Assembly (NCBI GenBank): GCA_016930695.1
Contig: JAFGGD010000034.1
Location: 135,375-199,374, forward strand
DNA from: Candidatus Eiseniibacteriota bacterium
Lineage (GTDB): Bacteria; Orphanbacterota; Orphanbacteria; Orphanbacterales; Orphanbacteraceae
Direction: 5' to 3'
DNA length: 64,000 nucleotides
Under the pieces are notes generated by a model. The model ran no database searches. It was not told the origin of the DNA and worked only from the letters and a program-made list of their open reading frames with translations. The translations under genes were made by a program, and so were the position numbers. Below, piece after piece: positions 48,531 to 57,886 of this stretch; positions within the stretch are counted from its first letter, which is position 1, and each line of letters begins with the position of its first letter.

Positions 48531-49396
48531 CGGGCCGTTTCAATCGTCCGGCGGCAATCGCATGGGCGCTTCTCCCTCTTCTTCTCGCCGCGGTTCCCGC
48601 GGCGGCGGCCCTCTCCGTACCGGGTCCCGTGGAGATCGCACTCCGCGCCGAGATCGACCGTCTTCCCGCGCCCGAGGATTGGGACGGCGCGGCGGAGCCG
48701 GGCCGGGCGGCCCCCGACCCGCGGCGCGCCTTCCTCTTCTCTCTGGTCGTGCCCGGCTCGGGGCAGCTCTACGCCTCCGGTTGGGACCTCACCTCCTGGT
48801 CCGCCGCCCGCGCGGCGGTTTACGTCTCCTTCGAGACGGTCGCCTGGGTGCAGCAGCAGAAATACAGAAACAGGGGGTGGGACAAGCAGGCGGAGTACCG
48901 CGCCTACGCGGACAAGAACTGGCACTGGCGCGCCGACTGCGCCGACTGGAACGGCGGCGACGGCGCGATCGACAACGATCCCTTCGTGTATGAACCGAAC
49001 ATTACGGGCGATTGGTACATCGATACCGACCCGGAGTATCTCGAGTTCTACGAGGATATCCACAAGCTGCAGAAGTGGATCTGCGGCTGGGACGACTACG
49101 GTCATGTGGGGCAGGACGACGGGGAGAAGTTCGAGATCGTGGAAGGAAGCGGGATCTACCGGACCCCCCTCTCCGTGGAATACACCGAAATGCGCCGCGA
49201 GCAGAACGAACTGATGACCAACGCCGATCATTGGCAGAGGGGGATCGTGGCGAACCACATCCTCTCCGCTTTCGACGCCTTTTTCACCGCCCGGCGAATC
49301 GCCCGCGGCGAGGGTGAGGGGAACGGCCCCCTCCTCCGCTTCGGCGCGCCGGCGGGCGGCCCCGGCGCCTCGCTGGGACTGGCCTGGAGGTTTTAA
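48527..49396 (+). CDS. DUF5683-like envelope protein
   Basis: ATGA overlap; signal peptide; AFLFSLVVPGSGQLY; NHILSAFDAF; C-terminal beta-strand ending F. Confidence 0.65.
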   Translation: MTGRFNRPAAIAWALLPLLLAAVPAAAALSVPGPVEIALRAEIDRLPAPEDWDGAAEPGRAAPDPRRAFLFSLVVPGSGQLYASGWDLTSWSAARAAVYVSFETVAWVQQQKYRNRGWDKQAEYRAYADKNWHWRADCADWNGGDGAIDNDPFVYEPNITGDWYIDTDPEYLEFYEDIHKLQKWICGWDDYGHVGQDDGEKFEIVEGSGIYRTPLSVEYTEMRREQNELMTNADHWQRGIVANHILSAFDAFFTARRIARGEGEGNGPLLRFGAPAGGPGASLGLAWRF

Positions 49397-50176
49397 TTGC
49401 GAAGCGTCCGCGTCCTTCTCGTTCTTTTCCTCGCCCTCGCCGTCGCGTCCCCGCCGGCGCTCGGCTCCGGCCTGGATCGGGCGCTGCGGGCGGCCATCGA
49501 CGAGGAAACGGCCCATCGGGACCCCGCCGCCGGCGGCGACGACGGCGGCGCGCCGGGTCGGGAGGACCACTCCAAGCGAAAGGCGTTTCTCCTCTCCCTG
49601 CTTCTCCCCGGACTCGGGCAGCGCTACAACGAGGACACCCTCCGGAGCAGGGCCTTCTTCGCAGCCGAGGCGGCGGTCTGGACCGCCTTCATCGTCTACA
49701 AGCTGCAGGAGAATTGGCGGACCGACGATTTCGAGGAATACGCCCGGGCCTACGCGGGCGTGCCGGCGGGGGAGAAAGACACCGAGTACTATCGCATTCT
49801 GACGATTTACGACAACAGCGATGACTACAACATGGCGGTGCGTATCGAGGCGCGGCAGATCTATCCGACGGATCCGGCGGCGCAGGATGCGTACTACGCC
49901 GCCAATGCCTACGGTGACGACCGGGAGTTCCGGTGGCGCACCAACAGCAACCGCCTCGACTACCGGGTGATCCGCAACGACGCGATCGACTCGGGGAAGA
50001 GGGCGGATTACGCACTCACGGCCGCGCTGATCAACCGGGCGATCAGCGCCGTCGAAGCCTCCCGAGGCGCGGGGCGCTGGAGCCCGGTGCGCCGGGCCGC
50101 GTCCCACATCCGCCTCGACACGACCCCCGAGGGGGATCCGACGGGGCTTCGCGTGGGGTGGACCACCCGCTTCTGA
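49397..50176 (+). CDS. DUF5683-like envelope protein (paralog)
   Basis: TTG start; signal peptide; AFLLSLLLPGLGQRY; NRAISAVEA; ends GWTTRF. Confidence 0.65.
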   Translation: MRSVRVLLVLFLALAVASPPALGSGLDRALRAAIDEETAHRDPAAGGDDGGAPGREDHSKRKAFLLSLLLPGLGQRYNEDTLRSRAFFAAEAAVWTAFIVYKLQENWRTDDFEEYARAYAGVPAGEKDTEYYRILTIYDNSDDYNMAVRIEARQIYPTDPAAQDAYYAANAYGDDREFRWRTNSNRLDYRVIRNDAIDSGKRADYALTAALINRAISAVEASRGAGRWSPVRRAASHIRLDTTPEGDPTGLRVGWTTRF

Positions 50177-50198
50177 CGTCCCGGAGGGAGGTCCGCCC

Positions 50199-51125
50199 GT
50201 GACTCCTCGCCTCCCCTTGATTCTCGGCGCTCTTCTCCTCTGCTTCGCTCTTCCCGCGAGGTCCGATATCGTTTATGTTCGTAGCTTTGGCGGCGGTTCG
50301 ACCTCGGAGAACCGCCTCTCCGCACCCGCGGGTCTTTCCGTCGGTTTCGAGGGGATGCTTTGGGTCGCCGACGCCGCCGAAAACCGGGTGCTCGCTTTTG
50401 ATTCCACCGGCGCGGAGAGGATGAGGATCGGTTACGCCGGCTCCGGGGAGGGACGCTTCCTGGAGCCCACCGACGTGGCCGCCGGAGAGGGACTCCACCT
50501 CTACGTGTTGGACGCGGGAAACGAACGGGTTCAGGTTTTCGACCGTTACGGCCAGTTCAACGAGGTGATCCTCTCCCGGGAGGCGGGGACGATCGGCGTT
50601 CCCGTCGGGATCGAGGCGGATCCTTTCGGCCGCCTCTACGTGACCGACGCCGAGGAGGATCTCGTCAGGGTCTTCCGTTCCTACACCGGCGAGGAGGAGT
50701 TCACCCTCGGCGGATTCGGCGCCGAGGAGGGGCGGTTCCGCCTCCCCGCCGACGTGGCGGCGGACCGGGCGCGGCGGATCTACGTAGCGGACCGGGAGAA
50801 CGGGAGGATCCAGGTGTTCGACGCGCTCGGCGCGTTCCTCTACGCCTTCGGCGCCGAGGACGGGCCCGGGCGGCTTGTCGAACCGGCGGCGGTGGCGGTG
50901 GACCGTTTCGGGTTCATCTTCGTCGCCGACGCCGGGGAGGGCCGCCTGGCGGTTTACCGGCAGGGGGGCGTCTTCGCGGCGGAGGTTCGGAACCTGCCGG
51001 ACGGCGCCGCTCTCGGCTCGCCGCGGGGGGTCGCCGTCGGCGAAGGCGGAATCCTTTATGTGTCGGACACGGAGAACGGCCGGATCCATCAGTTCCGCTA
51101 CGCGTTCCCGGCCCGTGCGCGCTAG
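50199..51125 (+). CDS. Secreted NHL-repeat beta-propeller protein
   Basis: Six repeats of P..VAV....YVAD..N.RIQVFD; signal peptide. Confidence 0.9.
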   Translation: MTPRLPLILGALLLCFALPARSDIVYVRSFGGGSTSENRLSAPAGLSVGFEGMLWVADAAENRVLAFDSTGAERMRIGYAGSGEGRFLEPTDVAAGEGLHLYVLDAGNERVQVFDRYGQFNEVILSREAGTIGVPVGIEADPFGRLYVTDAEEDLVRVFRSYTGEEEFTLGGFGAEEGRFRLPADVAADRARRIYVADRENGRIQVFDALGAFLYAFGAEDGPGRLVEPAAVAVDRFGFIFVADAGEGRLAVYRQGGVFAAEVRNLPDGAALGSPRGVAVGEGGILYVSDTENGRIHQFRYAFPARAR

Positions 51126-54100
51126 CCTGGCGCTGGCGGCGCTCCTCTTGGCGGCGCCGCCCCTCTTCGCCCAAGGCCGGGCGATGCTCGGCGAACGGAC
51201 CTACCGGATCGGCGCGGTGGAGGAACCCATCACCGGCGCCGACCACACCGGCCCTTATGCCCTTTCCCGAACCCATCTCTACGAAGGGAGCGAAGCCGTT
51301 CACTTGCACGGCGCCGACCTCGTCCGGGAGAGGGATTATTGGATCCGCTACGATCGGGGGGAACTGACCTTCGCCGAGCCGCTCTCCCCGGAGGACACGG
51401 TCCTCGTCTCCTACCGCTGCCTTCCCATCTCGATCCCGTCGGAACGAGTGCTGCACAAGTTTCGTCTCGCCGAAGGAGGGGAGGAGGCCGTGATGGTCGA
51501 CGAACGGGAGCCGTCGCCCATGGCGGGCCCCCTCGACACCGGCGCCCTCCGCGTCGGAGGCAGCAAGAGCTTCGCCGTCCTGATCGGTTCGGGGAGGGAG
51601 TTGACCCTGGAGCAGTCGCTTCGGATGAGCGTCACGGGAAACCTGACGCCGACGGTGCGTGTCACCGCCCGCCTGACCGACCAGAACCTCCCCTTTCAAC
51701 CCGAAGGCCGCTCGGAGCGGCTGGAGGAGCTGGACGAAGTCCTGGTGCGCATCGAATCCCCCCGGGCCGAGGCGACCCTCGGCGATTACGCGGTCCGTTA
51801 CGACGACACCCGCTTCGGCCGCTACGAGCGGGTGCTGAAGGGGGCCCTCGGCGCGGTGCGCGCCGGACCCGCCGAGGCGGAGATATCCGGCGGCGTCTCG
51901 CGAGGCGATTTCCGCTCCGTGGAAATTCGGGGCGTGGAGGGGAAGCAGGGTCCCTACCGGATCCTGGAGATCTCCGCCCTCGGGCCGGTGGTGTCGGCGG
52001 GGAGCGAGCGCGTTTTCCTGGACGGTGTGATGATGACCCGGGGGGACGACAACGATTACGTGATCGACTACGCCGAAGGGACGATCTCTTTCAACCCGAG
52101 CCGTCCCATCGGTTCGGAGAGCCGGATCGCCGTCGATTTTCAGGCGAGCGGCGACCGGTATCGCCGGGTCTTTCTCACGGGCCGGCTCCGCGCCCACACG
52201 GAGGACGACCGTTACGGCTTCGGCCTGACGGTGCTTTCCGAGAGCGACGACGCGGACGAGCCGGAGGCGGTCGTTCTCGGCGAAGCGGAGAAGGACTCGC
52301 TCCGCGCGTCCGGGGATAGGCAGCCTCTCGGGACGTCCGCCCGTTATCTCGAGGAGGGCGGGGATTACGACACCACCGGCGGATATTTCGTTTATGCGGG
52401 AAGAGATTCGGGCGATTTCGCCGTTTCCTTCCGGCAGGTGGCGTCCGGCGAGGGAGCATACGTCGACTCGATCTCCGAGGAGTGGGGGCGGAGAATCTTC
52501 ATTCACGTCGGCGAGGGGCGGGGGAACTACACTCCTCTGGTCCCCCTGCCGCTTCCCGAAAGCCACAGCCTGATCGGTTTCTCCGGGAAGGCGCGCCCCT
52601 TCCATGCGCTCTCCCTGGAGGCGGAGGCGGCGTGGAGCGACCGGGACCGGAACACCCTCTCTCCTCTGGACGACGGCGACAACACCGGCTCCGGCGCCCG
52701 CGTCGAGGCGCGCCTCGATCCCGTTCCCGTCGGCCCCGAGAAGGCCCGTTTGGGCGAGGTCGGCGTGCGCGGGTCCTGGCGGAGCGTGTCGGAGAACTTC
52801 GAGCCTCTCGGCCGCTACCGGGGACCGCAATGGGACGAGCGCTGGATGACCGGCGATCTCGCGCGGGCTATCGGTCCCGGCCGGAGAGAGGATGATTTCC
52901 TGGGCGCCGGCGACGCTTTCGCCTCCCGGGGGCGCGAGAACGAAGCGGAGGGGGAGGGGACTTTCCGGCGAGCGACGCCGCTGGGGACTTTGCGTTTCTC
53001 CGGCGAAGGGGGAAGGCTCGAGCGGGACGAATTCCACGCCCGGCGATGGTCCTGGAAGAGCTCCATCGAGAGAGAGAGGCGTTTCGCCGTCGACTTTACG
53101 GGCGAGAGGATCACGAGTGAAGAAGCGGACACTCTGGAGGGGGAAACCTTCCGTCGGGCCGGCGGCGCGTCGGTTCGGATCGGTCCGGTCCGGCCTTTTC
53201 TCCGTCTCGGCCGGGAGAGGCGTGAGTTCCTTCACGCGGGAGGGGAGCGAAGGGGGGACAGGGGGATTGAGAAGCGCGCCGGTTTCGCCTGGGGAGATGC
53301 CGCCGCTTTCACCGGGGAAACATCCGTGACGTTCGAGACTCGGGACTATCTCGATTCGCTTGTCGGCGATTGGGAAGAGTGGTACGAGGCGCGGACCGAC
53401 GAGGTGTCCGTGGACTGGCGCGGCCCGGTTTCGCTCCACGCCCTTTACCGGGGAAGGGGATTGGACTACGGCGAGCGGGTGACGGAGGGGAACCGCCGGA
53501 GCGATCTGGGGCGGATCGAGCTCAGGCACGGCGGATGGGGCGGCCTGGTTCGCGGAAATTGGACCTATGAAGTAACCACCGAGGAGAGCCGTTCCCGCAG
53601 GAAGGTTCTTCTCCGCGCGCCGAAGGGGGAAGAGGCGGATTACGACAGCCTGGGCAACTATTTCCCCGGCGAGGGGACCTTCAACCAGGAGATCGTGGAG
53701 GGTGGCGCGGAGCCGCTCATCGATCTGGAGGCGGGGGGGACGATACGGATCGAACCGGGGAGGATCGGCGAACCGGGCCGTTTCCGTAAGGGGCTCCGCT
53801 CCGAAACCGTGATCCGGGTGAGCGAGAGGACGACCACCGACGATGCGGCTTCCCTCCTGCTCCTCGATCCTTCGGCGTTTCAGAGAAACGACGCCACTCT
53901 TCGCGGGAGCGCGTCGATCCGTCAGGAGTTTCGCTGGACCGATCCGCTCTCCGACGCGGGATTCTACCTGCGTTATTACCGGGAGGAGCGCGAGGAGAAC
54001 GAGTACGAGACGATCCACCGGGACGACAGCGTGCGGGAGATTCTTGGAAGGGCGAAACTGCCCTTCTCGCCGGCGGTCGCGACGGAGTTGGAGTGGACGA

Positions 54101-54528
54101 GACGGTCGGAGCGGGAGGATTCCAACGACCGCCGCGCCGTCGATCTGACCAGTGACGACTGGGTCGCGGCGGTTCTGGTGCAGACCGGCCCCCGCTGGAG
54201 GCTCCGGCTCCCCGGGGCGGTCCGTTCGGACAGGGAGAAGGTCCGTGAGGAGGAGCTTCTCGAGGTGCGCGTCGAGCCGGAGGGAACGCTCCACTTGGCC
54301 GCTCGGGGGAGGCTCGACACCCGTTTCGTCTACAGCCGTTTTCTGCGGGAGAATCTGGAGCGCGCCGGATCCTTCCTCAGGAACCGCAAGGAAGGTCTTC
54401 GCTGGAGGGTGCAGTTCGTCTACGAGTGGAACACCGTGCTCTCGTCCACCGTCTCCTACAGCGGCGAAAACCTGAAAGGCGAGGATACCGAGCAGAGGTT
54501 TCGGGCGGAGATGCGCGCGTATTTCTAG
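51115..54528 (+). CDS. Large outer-membrane beta-barrel protein with SprA/Sov-like motifs
   Basis: GTG start with signal peptide (LFA-Q); two 'GSE.V.L.G....R..DY.I.Y..G.[LI][TS]F' units; long amphipathic strands; terminal RAYF. Confidence 0.65.
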   Translation: MRASLALAALLLAAPPLFAQGRAMLGERTYRIGAVEEPITGADHTGPYALSRTHLYEGSEAVHLHGADLVRERDYWIRYDRGELTFAEPLSPEDTVLVSYRCLPISIPSERVLHKFRLAEGGEEAVMVDEREPSPMAGPLDTGALRVGGSKSFAVLIGSGRELTLEQSLRMSVTGNLTPTVRVTARLTDQNLPFQPEGRSERLEELDEVLVRIESPRAEATLGDYAVRYDDTRFGRYERVLKGALGAVRAGPAEAEISGGVSRGDFRSVEIRGVEGKQGPYRILEISALGPVVSAGSERVFLDGVMMTRGDDNDYVIDYAEGTISFNPSRPIGSESRIAVDFQASGDRYRRVFLTGRLRAHTEDDRYGFGLTVLSESDDADEPEAVVLGEAEKDSLRASGDRQPLGTSARYLEEGGDYDTTGGYFVYAGRDSGDFAVSFRQVASGEGAYVDSISEEWGRRIFIHVGEGRGNYTPLVPLPLPESHSLIGFSGKARPFHALSLEAEAAWSDRDRNTLSPLDDGDNTGSGARVEARLDPVPVGPEKARLGEVGVRGSWRSVSENFEPLGRYRGPQWDERWMTGDLARAIGPGRREDDFLGAGDAFASRGRENEAEGEGTFRRATPLGTLRFSGEGGRLERDEFHARRWSWKSSIERERRFAVDFTGERITSEEADTLEGETFRRAGGASVRIGPVRPFLRLGRERREFLHAGGERRGDRGIEKRAGFAWGDAAAFTGETSVTFETRDYLDSLVGDWEEWYEARTDEVSVDWRGPVSLHALYRGRGLDYGERVTEGNRRSDLGRIELRHGGWGGLVRGNWTYEVTTEESRSRRKVLLRAPKGEEADYDSLGNYFPGEGTFNQEIVEGGAEPLIDLEAGGTIRIEPGRIGEPGRFRKGLRSETVIRVSERTTTDDAASLLLLDPSAFQRNDATLRGSASIRQEFRWTDPLSDAGFYLRYYREEREENEYETIHRDDSVREILGRAKLPFSPAVATELEWTRRSEREDSNDRRAVDLTSDDWVAAVLVQTGPRWRLRLPGAVRSDREKVREEELLEVRVEPEGTLHLAARGRLDTRFVYSRFLRENLERAGSFLRNRKEGLRWRVQFVYEWNTVLSSTVSYSGENLKGEDTEQRFRAEMRAYF

Positions 54529-54608
54529 GGGAATGCCGATCCGACGATCGGAATCACCCCGGGGCGCGGGAAGGGCGATGAGGAGTCCGGTGCGGGGAGT
54601 CATGAAGT

Positions 54609-56372
54609 TTGAGAAGTAAAGGTACAATTCGAATTCTCCGGCCGGCGGTCCTTCTTCTCGCCGCGTTCCTTCTCGCCGCGGGCGACGTGTCCGGAGAAAG
54701 GATCGGATCGATCCGGATCGAGGGGAACCAGGCCTTTCCCGGGGACCGCGCGCTGGAGGCGCTCGATCTGGCGCCCGGAGGGGAGTGGAGCGCCCGCGAG
54801 GAATCGGTCGCCGTTCTTCGCCTTCTGGACCGCTACGCGCGCGCCGGCTACCTGGAGGCGGAGGCGTCGGTCCGCGTCTTCTCCGCGCCCGGGGGTGCCG
54901 TCGATCTGGAACTGACGATCCGGGAGGGACCTTTCCTGCCGTTGGTGCGGGTCGATATCGAAGGGACCCGCGCCCTCCCCGTGGAGGAGATCCGGGGGCG
55001 GATCGACACGCGACCGGGACGGGTGCTGAACGCCGCCCGTCTGGAGGAAGACCTGGACAGGACGCTGCGGCGCTACGCGTCGTCCGGCTATCCCTTCGCC
55101 CGGATCCTGACCAGCCGGGTGGAACGTTCGGGCGACCCCGAGGGGATCGCCCTCCGTTTGCAGGTGGTGGAAGGTCCCTTCCTCACCCTCGGCGACATCC
55201 GCGTGACCGGGAACCGGAGCACGCGCGCCTCGGTGATCCGCCGCCTCTCGGGCCTCCGCTTCGGCGAGCCCTACGATCAGGACGCCGTGGAAGCGGGCCG
55301 GGATCGACTCCTCCGCTCCGGCCTCTTCCGCACCGTCTCCGACCCGACGACGCGTGTCGAGTGGAAGGAGAAAGAGGCGGTGGTGGAGTACGCCGTCGAG
55401 GAGGGACGGCACAACCGGATCACCGGGGTCGTCGGATACGCCCCCGGCCCGAACGGGGGGGACGCGGTGATCAGCGGTTTCGTCGATCTCTCCTTCCGGA
55501 ACATACTGGGCACCGCCCGGAGCGCGGAGATCCGCTGGGAGAGGGTGACGCCCGAGACGCGGCACGCCCGGATCGCCTACCGCGAGCCGTGGGTCCTCGG
55601 CACCCCCTTCTCCCTCGGAGGAGAGATGGCGCAGGTGCTGCGCGATTCCACCTACTCCCGTTTCACCGGCGACCTCACCTCCGACGTGGAACTCTCCCGA
55701 AGAGTGCGCGCCGATTTCCGTTTCGGCGGCGAGACGATGCGTCCGAGGCGGGAGGCGGCGCCGGTGCCGCGGAGCCGCCGTGCGTGGGGGGGGATCGGTT
55801 TCTCTTATGAGGGGAGGGACTATCCGGCCAATCCGACCGGTGGTTGGAAGGCGCGCCTCGGCGGGGAGTACGCGGAGCGGCGGATCGACGAGGAGCCGGA
55901 GCGCGGGTTCGAGGGGAAGAGGGTGCGGCAGGCGACATTGGATGCGGCGGTCGGCCTCTACCATCGCGTGGGCCGAAGGGGGGTGCTCGCCTGGGAGGGA
56001 GAGGGGATCGGCCGCTATACGAACGCGTCCTACGTTCCCGCCTACGACCAGTTCTACCTGGGGGGCGCCACCACGCTTCGGGGATACGACGAGGACCGCT
56101 TCCTCGGCGAGAGGATCGCCTGGTCCCGCCTGGAGGCGCGGGTTCTGCTCGGTCCCCTTTCCCGCGCCTTCCTCTTCTTCGACAGCGGTTGGGTCTTCCG
56201 GCGCTTCGAGGAAGGGGATAGCATCGCCCATTCCACGATCGTCCGGCACGGCTACGGTTTCGGTATCCGCGTCGACTCGGCGATCGGCCTGCTGGGCGTC
56301 GACTTCGGCATCGGCCAGGGGGACGGCTTCTCGGACGCCAAGATCCATGTGAGCGCCGAGGGGACCTTCTGA
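54609..56372 (+). CDS. Omp85 (BamA/TamA-family) protein with POTRA domains
   Basis: POTRA motifs (IRIEGN..YARAGY, IEGT..YASSGY, VTGNRSTR..SGLF); FYLGGATTLRGY; terminal F. Confidence 0.9.
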   Translation: MRSKGTIRILRPAVLLLAAFLLAAGDVSGERIGSIRIEGNQAFPGDRALEALDLAPGGEWSAREESVAVLRLLDRYARAGYLEAEASVRVFSAPGGAVDLELTIREGPFLPLVRVDIEGTRALPVEEIRGRIDTRPGRVLNAARLEEDLDRTLRRYASSGYPFARILTSRVERSGDPEGIALRLQVVEGPFLTLGDIRVTGNRSTRASVIRRLSGLRFGEPYDQDAVEAGRDRLLRSGLFRTVSDPTTRVEWKEKEAVVEYAVEEGRHNRITGVVGYAPGPNGGDAVISGFVDLSFRNILGTARSAEIRWERVTPETRHARIAYREPWVLGTPFSLGGEMAQVLRDSTYSRFTGDLTSDVELSRRVRADFRFGGETMRPRREAAPVPRSRRAWGGIGFSYEGRDYPANPTGGWKARLGGEYAERRIDEEPERGFEGKRVRQATLDAAVGLYHRVGRRGVLAWEGEGIGRYTNASYVPAYDQFYLGGATTLRGYDEDRFLGERIAWSRLEARVLLGPLSRAFLFFDSGWVFRRFEEGDSIAHSTIVRHGYGFGIRVDSAIGLLGVDFGIGQGDGFSDAKIHVSAEGTF

Positions 56373-56407
56373 GGCGCACCGCGCTCCCCGCCGCTCGCGT
56401 TTTATCC

Positions 56408-56436
56408 TTGTTCTGATTTCTTTTTCCCTATAGTAT
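56408..56436 (+). promoter_or_regulatory. Sigma70-like promoter giving a probably leaderless mRNA
   Basis: TTGTTC-N17-TAGTAT; ATG at 56443 lies at the expected +1. Confidence 0.45.
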
Positions 56437-56442
56437 GCGGCC

Positions 56443-56910
56443 ATGATGAGTCGAAGCCGGCGCCTAAAAAAGGAGCCGCGTTTTTCCCGCCTGCCGCGGC
56501 GGGGGCGGGAGGCGCTCTGCCTTCTCTCGGCACTCCTCATCGCCGTTCCGGGGTGCGGCGTCCGGAACCTGAAGAGGATCCAAGCCGCGCCGGATCAGCA
56601 CGGGATCCTGGACGCCCGATCTCCCTATCTAAAGGTTTATCTGAAAAACGGCGAACTCTGTCTTCTCCGCGACTGGAGCGTGAACGAAGAGGCGGGCGTG
56701 GTGGCCGGAACCGGGGAGCGCCTCGGCCCCGACCGGGAACTGATCGACTCCGGGGAGTACGCGGTTCCCGCCGATTCGGTGGTTCTCCTCGAGACCAACC
56801 GCGCTCCGGTCTCGGGGAATCTGATCCCTCTCGTTCTCGTCACTATCGTCTCCCTCGTCACCACGGTGGTCGTCATCCACGATCCTCCGTCCTTTGAGAT
56901 CGGGGATTGA
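56443..56910 (+). CDS. Putative lipoprotein
   Basis: Basic n-region, hydrophobic h-region, VPG-C lipobox; C-terminal hydrophobic segment. Confidence 0.6.
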   Translation: MMSRSRRLKKEPRFSRLPRRGREALCLLSALLIAVPGCGVRNLKRIQAAPDQHGILDARSPYLKVYLKNGELCLLRDWSVNEEAGVVAGTGERLGPDRELIDSGEYAVPADSVVLLETNRAPVSGNLIPLVLVTIVSLVTTVVVIHDPPSFEIGD

Positions 56911-57013
56911 TGAAGAGGAGAGAGCCGGTGTCGAGCCGCGGGAAGGGGAGAGAGGGGGGCGCGGGACGATCTTCTCGCCCCGGAGTGCGCCGAATGAAGA
57001 ACGGGGAGCATCG

Positions 57014-57886
57014 ATGAGACGCCTGAACCGAGGGATCGTTCCGCCGCTCATCGGCATCCTTCTCGCCGGCTGCGGCGGGCCGCCGTCGAAACCGCCGCGG
57101 GGATGGCTCCCCTCCGCCAAGGAGGGGGAGCGTTCCGTCTGCGGCGGCTGGGTCGACATCCGTCTCCGCGAGCCTCTTCCCCGCGAATCCTGGCCGGAGC
57201 CTTGGGACGGCGAGGTGACCGTTTCCTTTGCGAACCTACACGACGGGCCTCGCGCCGGTTTCGGGAGCGATGTAGTCGGCGCGGTGAAACGGGGGGATTG
57301 TTATCGCCTCATCGAGGAGAAGGAGTTTTGGCTCCGGATCCGTCTGGACGACGGGGCGGAGGGATGGGTCTCCCGCCAGTATGTGAGCCGCAAACCGCTC
57401 AGTCCCCGGTCTCTCCGGGGGGAGCTGATCGCCGTGGAGGAGGACTCCCTCTTCCTCCTGCAGAGAGGCCGTCTGATCGGCGTTCCTCTGGAGAACGTGC
57501 GGGACGGTGTTCTCCGGCGCTTCGACAGCTCCGTGGATCATATTAAAATGTGGACCGCGCTCGGCGCGGTCAGCACCGTCACGCACAGCTTCCTATTGAT
57601 CTTCTCGCTCCCGCTCTGGCTTGTGGTGGGATTGCCGACGAGCCACGGAATCGGGAGGCTGGGCCGTGTCCGCTTCGACCGGGAAAAGACCGACCGCATC
57701 GCCCCCGGCGCGCGTTTCCCCGGCGGTTTCCCGGAGGGGATCGATCGGGACGCCATCCTCCCCGGCGAGGGGCGCGGCCCCTGTTCGGAGGATCGCGGCC
57801 GCGGGTCTCTCCCGATGAGGAAGGAGAGGGGGGGAGAATCGGCCGAAGACGCGGACCCGCTCGGCGCGGCAGGAGGTGCTCATTGA
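57014..57886 (+). CDS. Lipoprotein with bacterial SH3 domain
   Basis: GGGGAG SD; LAG-C lipobox; ANLHDGP..WLRIRLDDGAEGWVS SH3b; hydrophobic C-terminal hairpin. Confidence 0.75.
   Translation: MRRLNRGIVPPLIGILLAGCGGPPSKPPRGWLPSAKEGERSVCGGWVDIRLREPLPRESWPEPWDGEVTVSFANLHDGPRAGFGSDVVGAVKRGDCYRLIEEKEFWLRIRLDDGAEGWVSRQYVSRKPLSPRSLRGELIAVEEDSLFLLQRGRLIGVPLENVRDGVLRRFDSSVDHIKMWTALGAVSTVTHSFLLIFSLPLWLVVGLPTSHGIGRLGRVRFDREKTDRIAPGARFPGGFPEGIDRDAILPGEGRGPCSEDRGRGSLPMRKERGGESAEDADPLGAAGGAH

Noticed and set aside
54594..54619. SD-ATG mini-ORF MKFEK* out of frame with the Omp85 gene, suggesting a frameshift or extra T
   Set aside because: In-frame TTG at 54609 has acceptable SD spacing (9 nt) and yields a normal signal peptide; no frameshift is required, though read mapping could exclude an indel.
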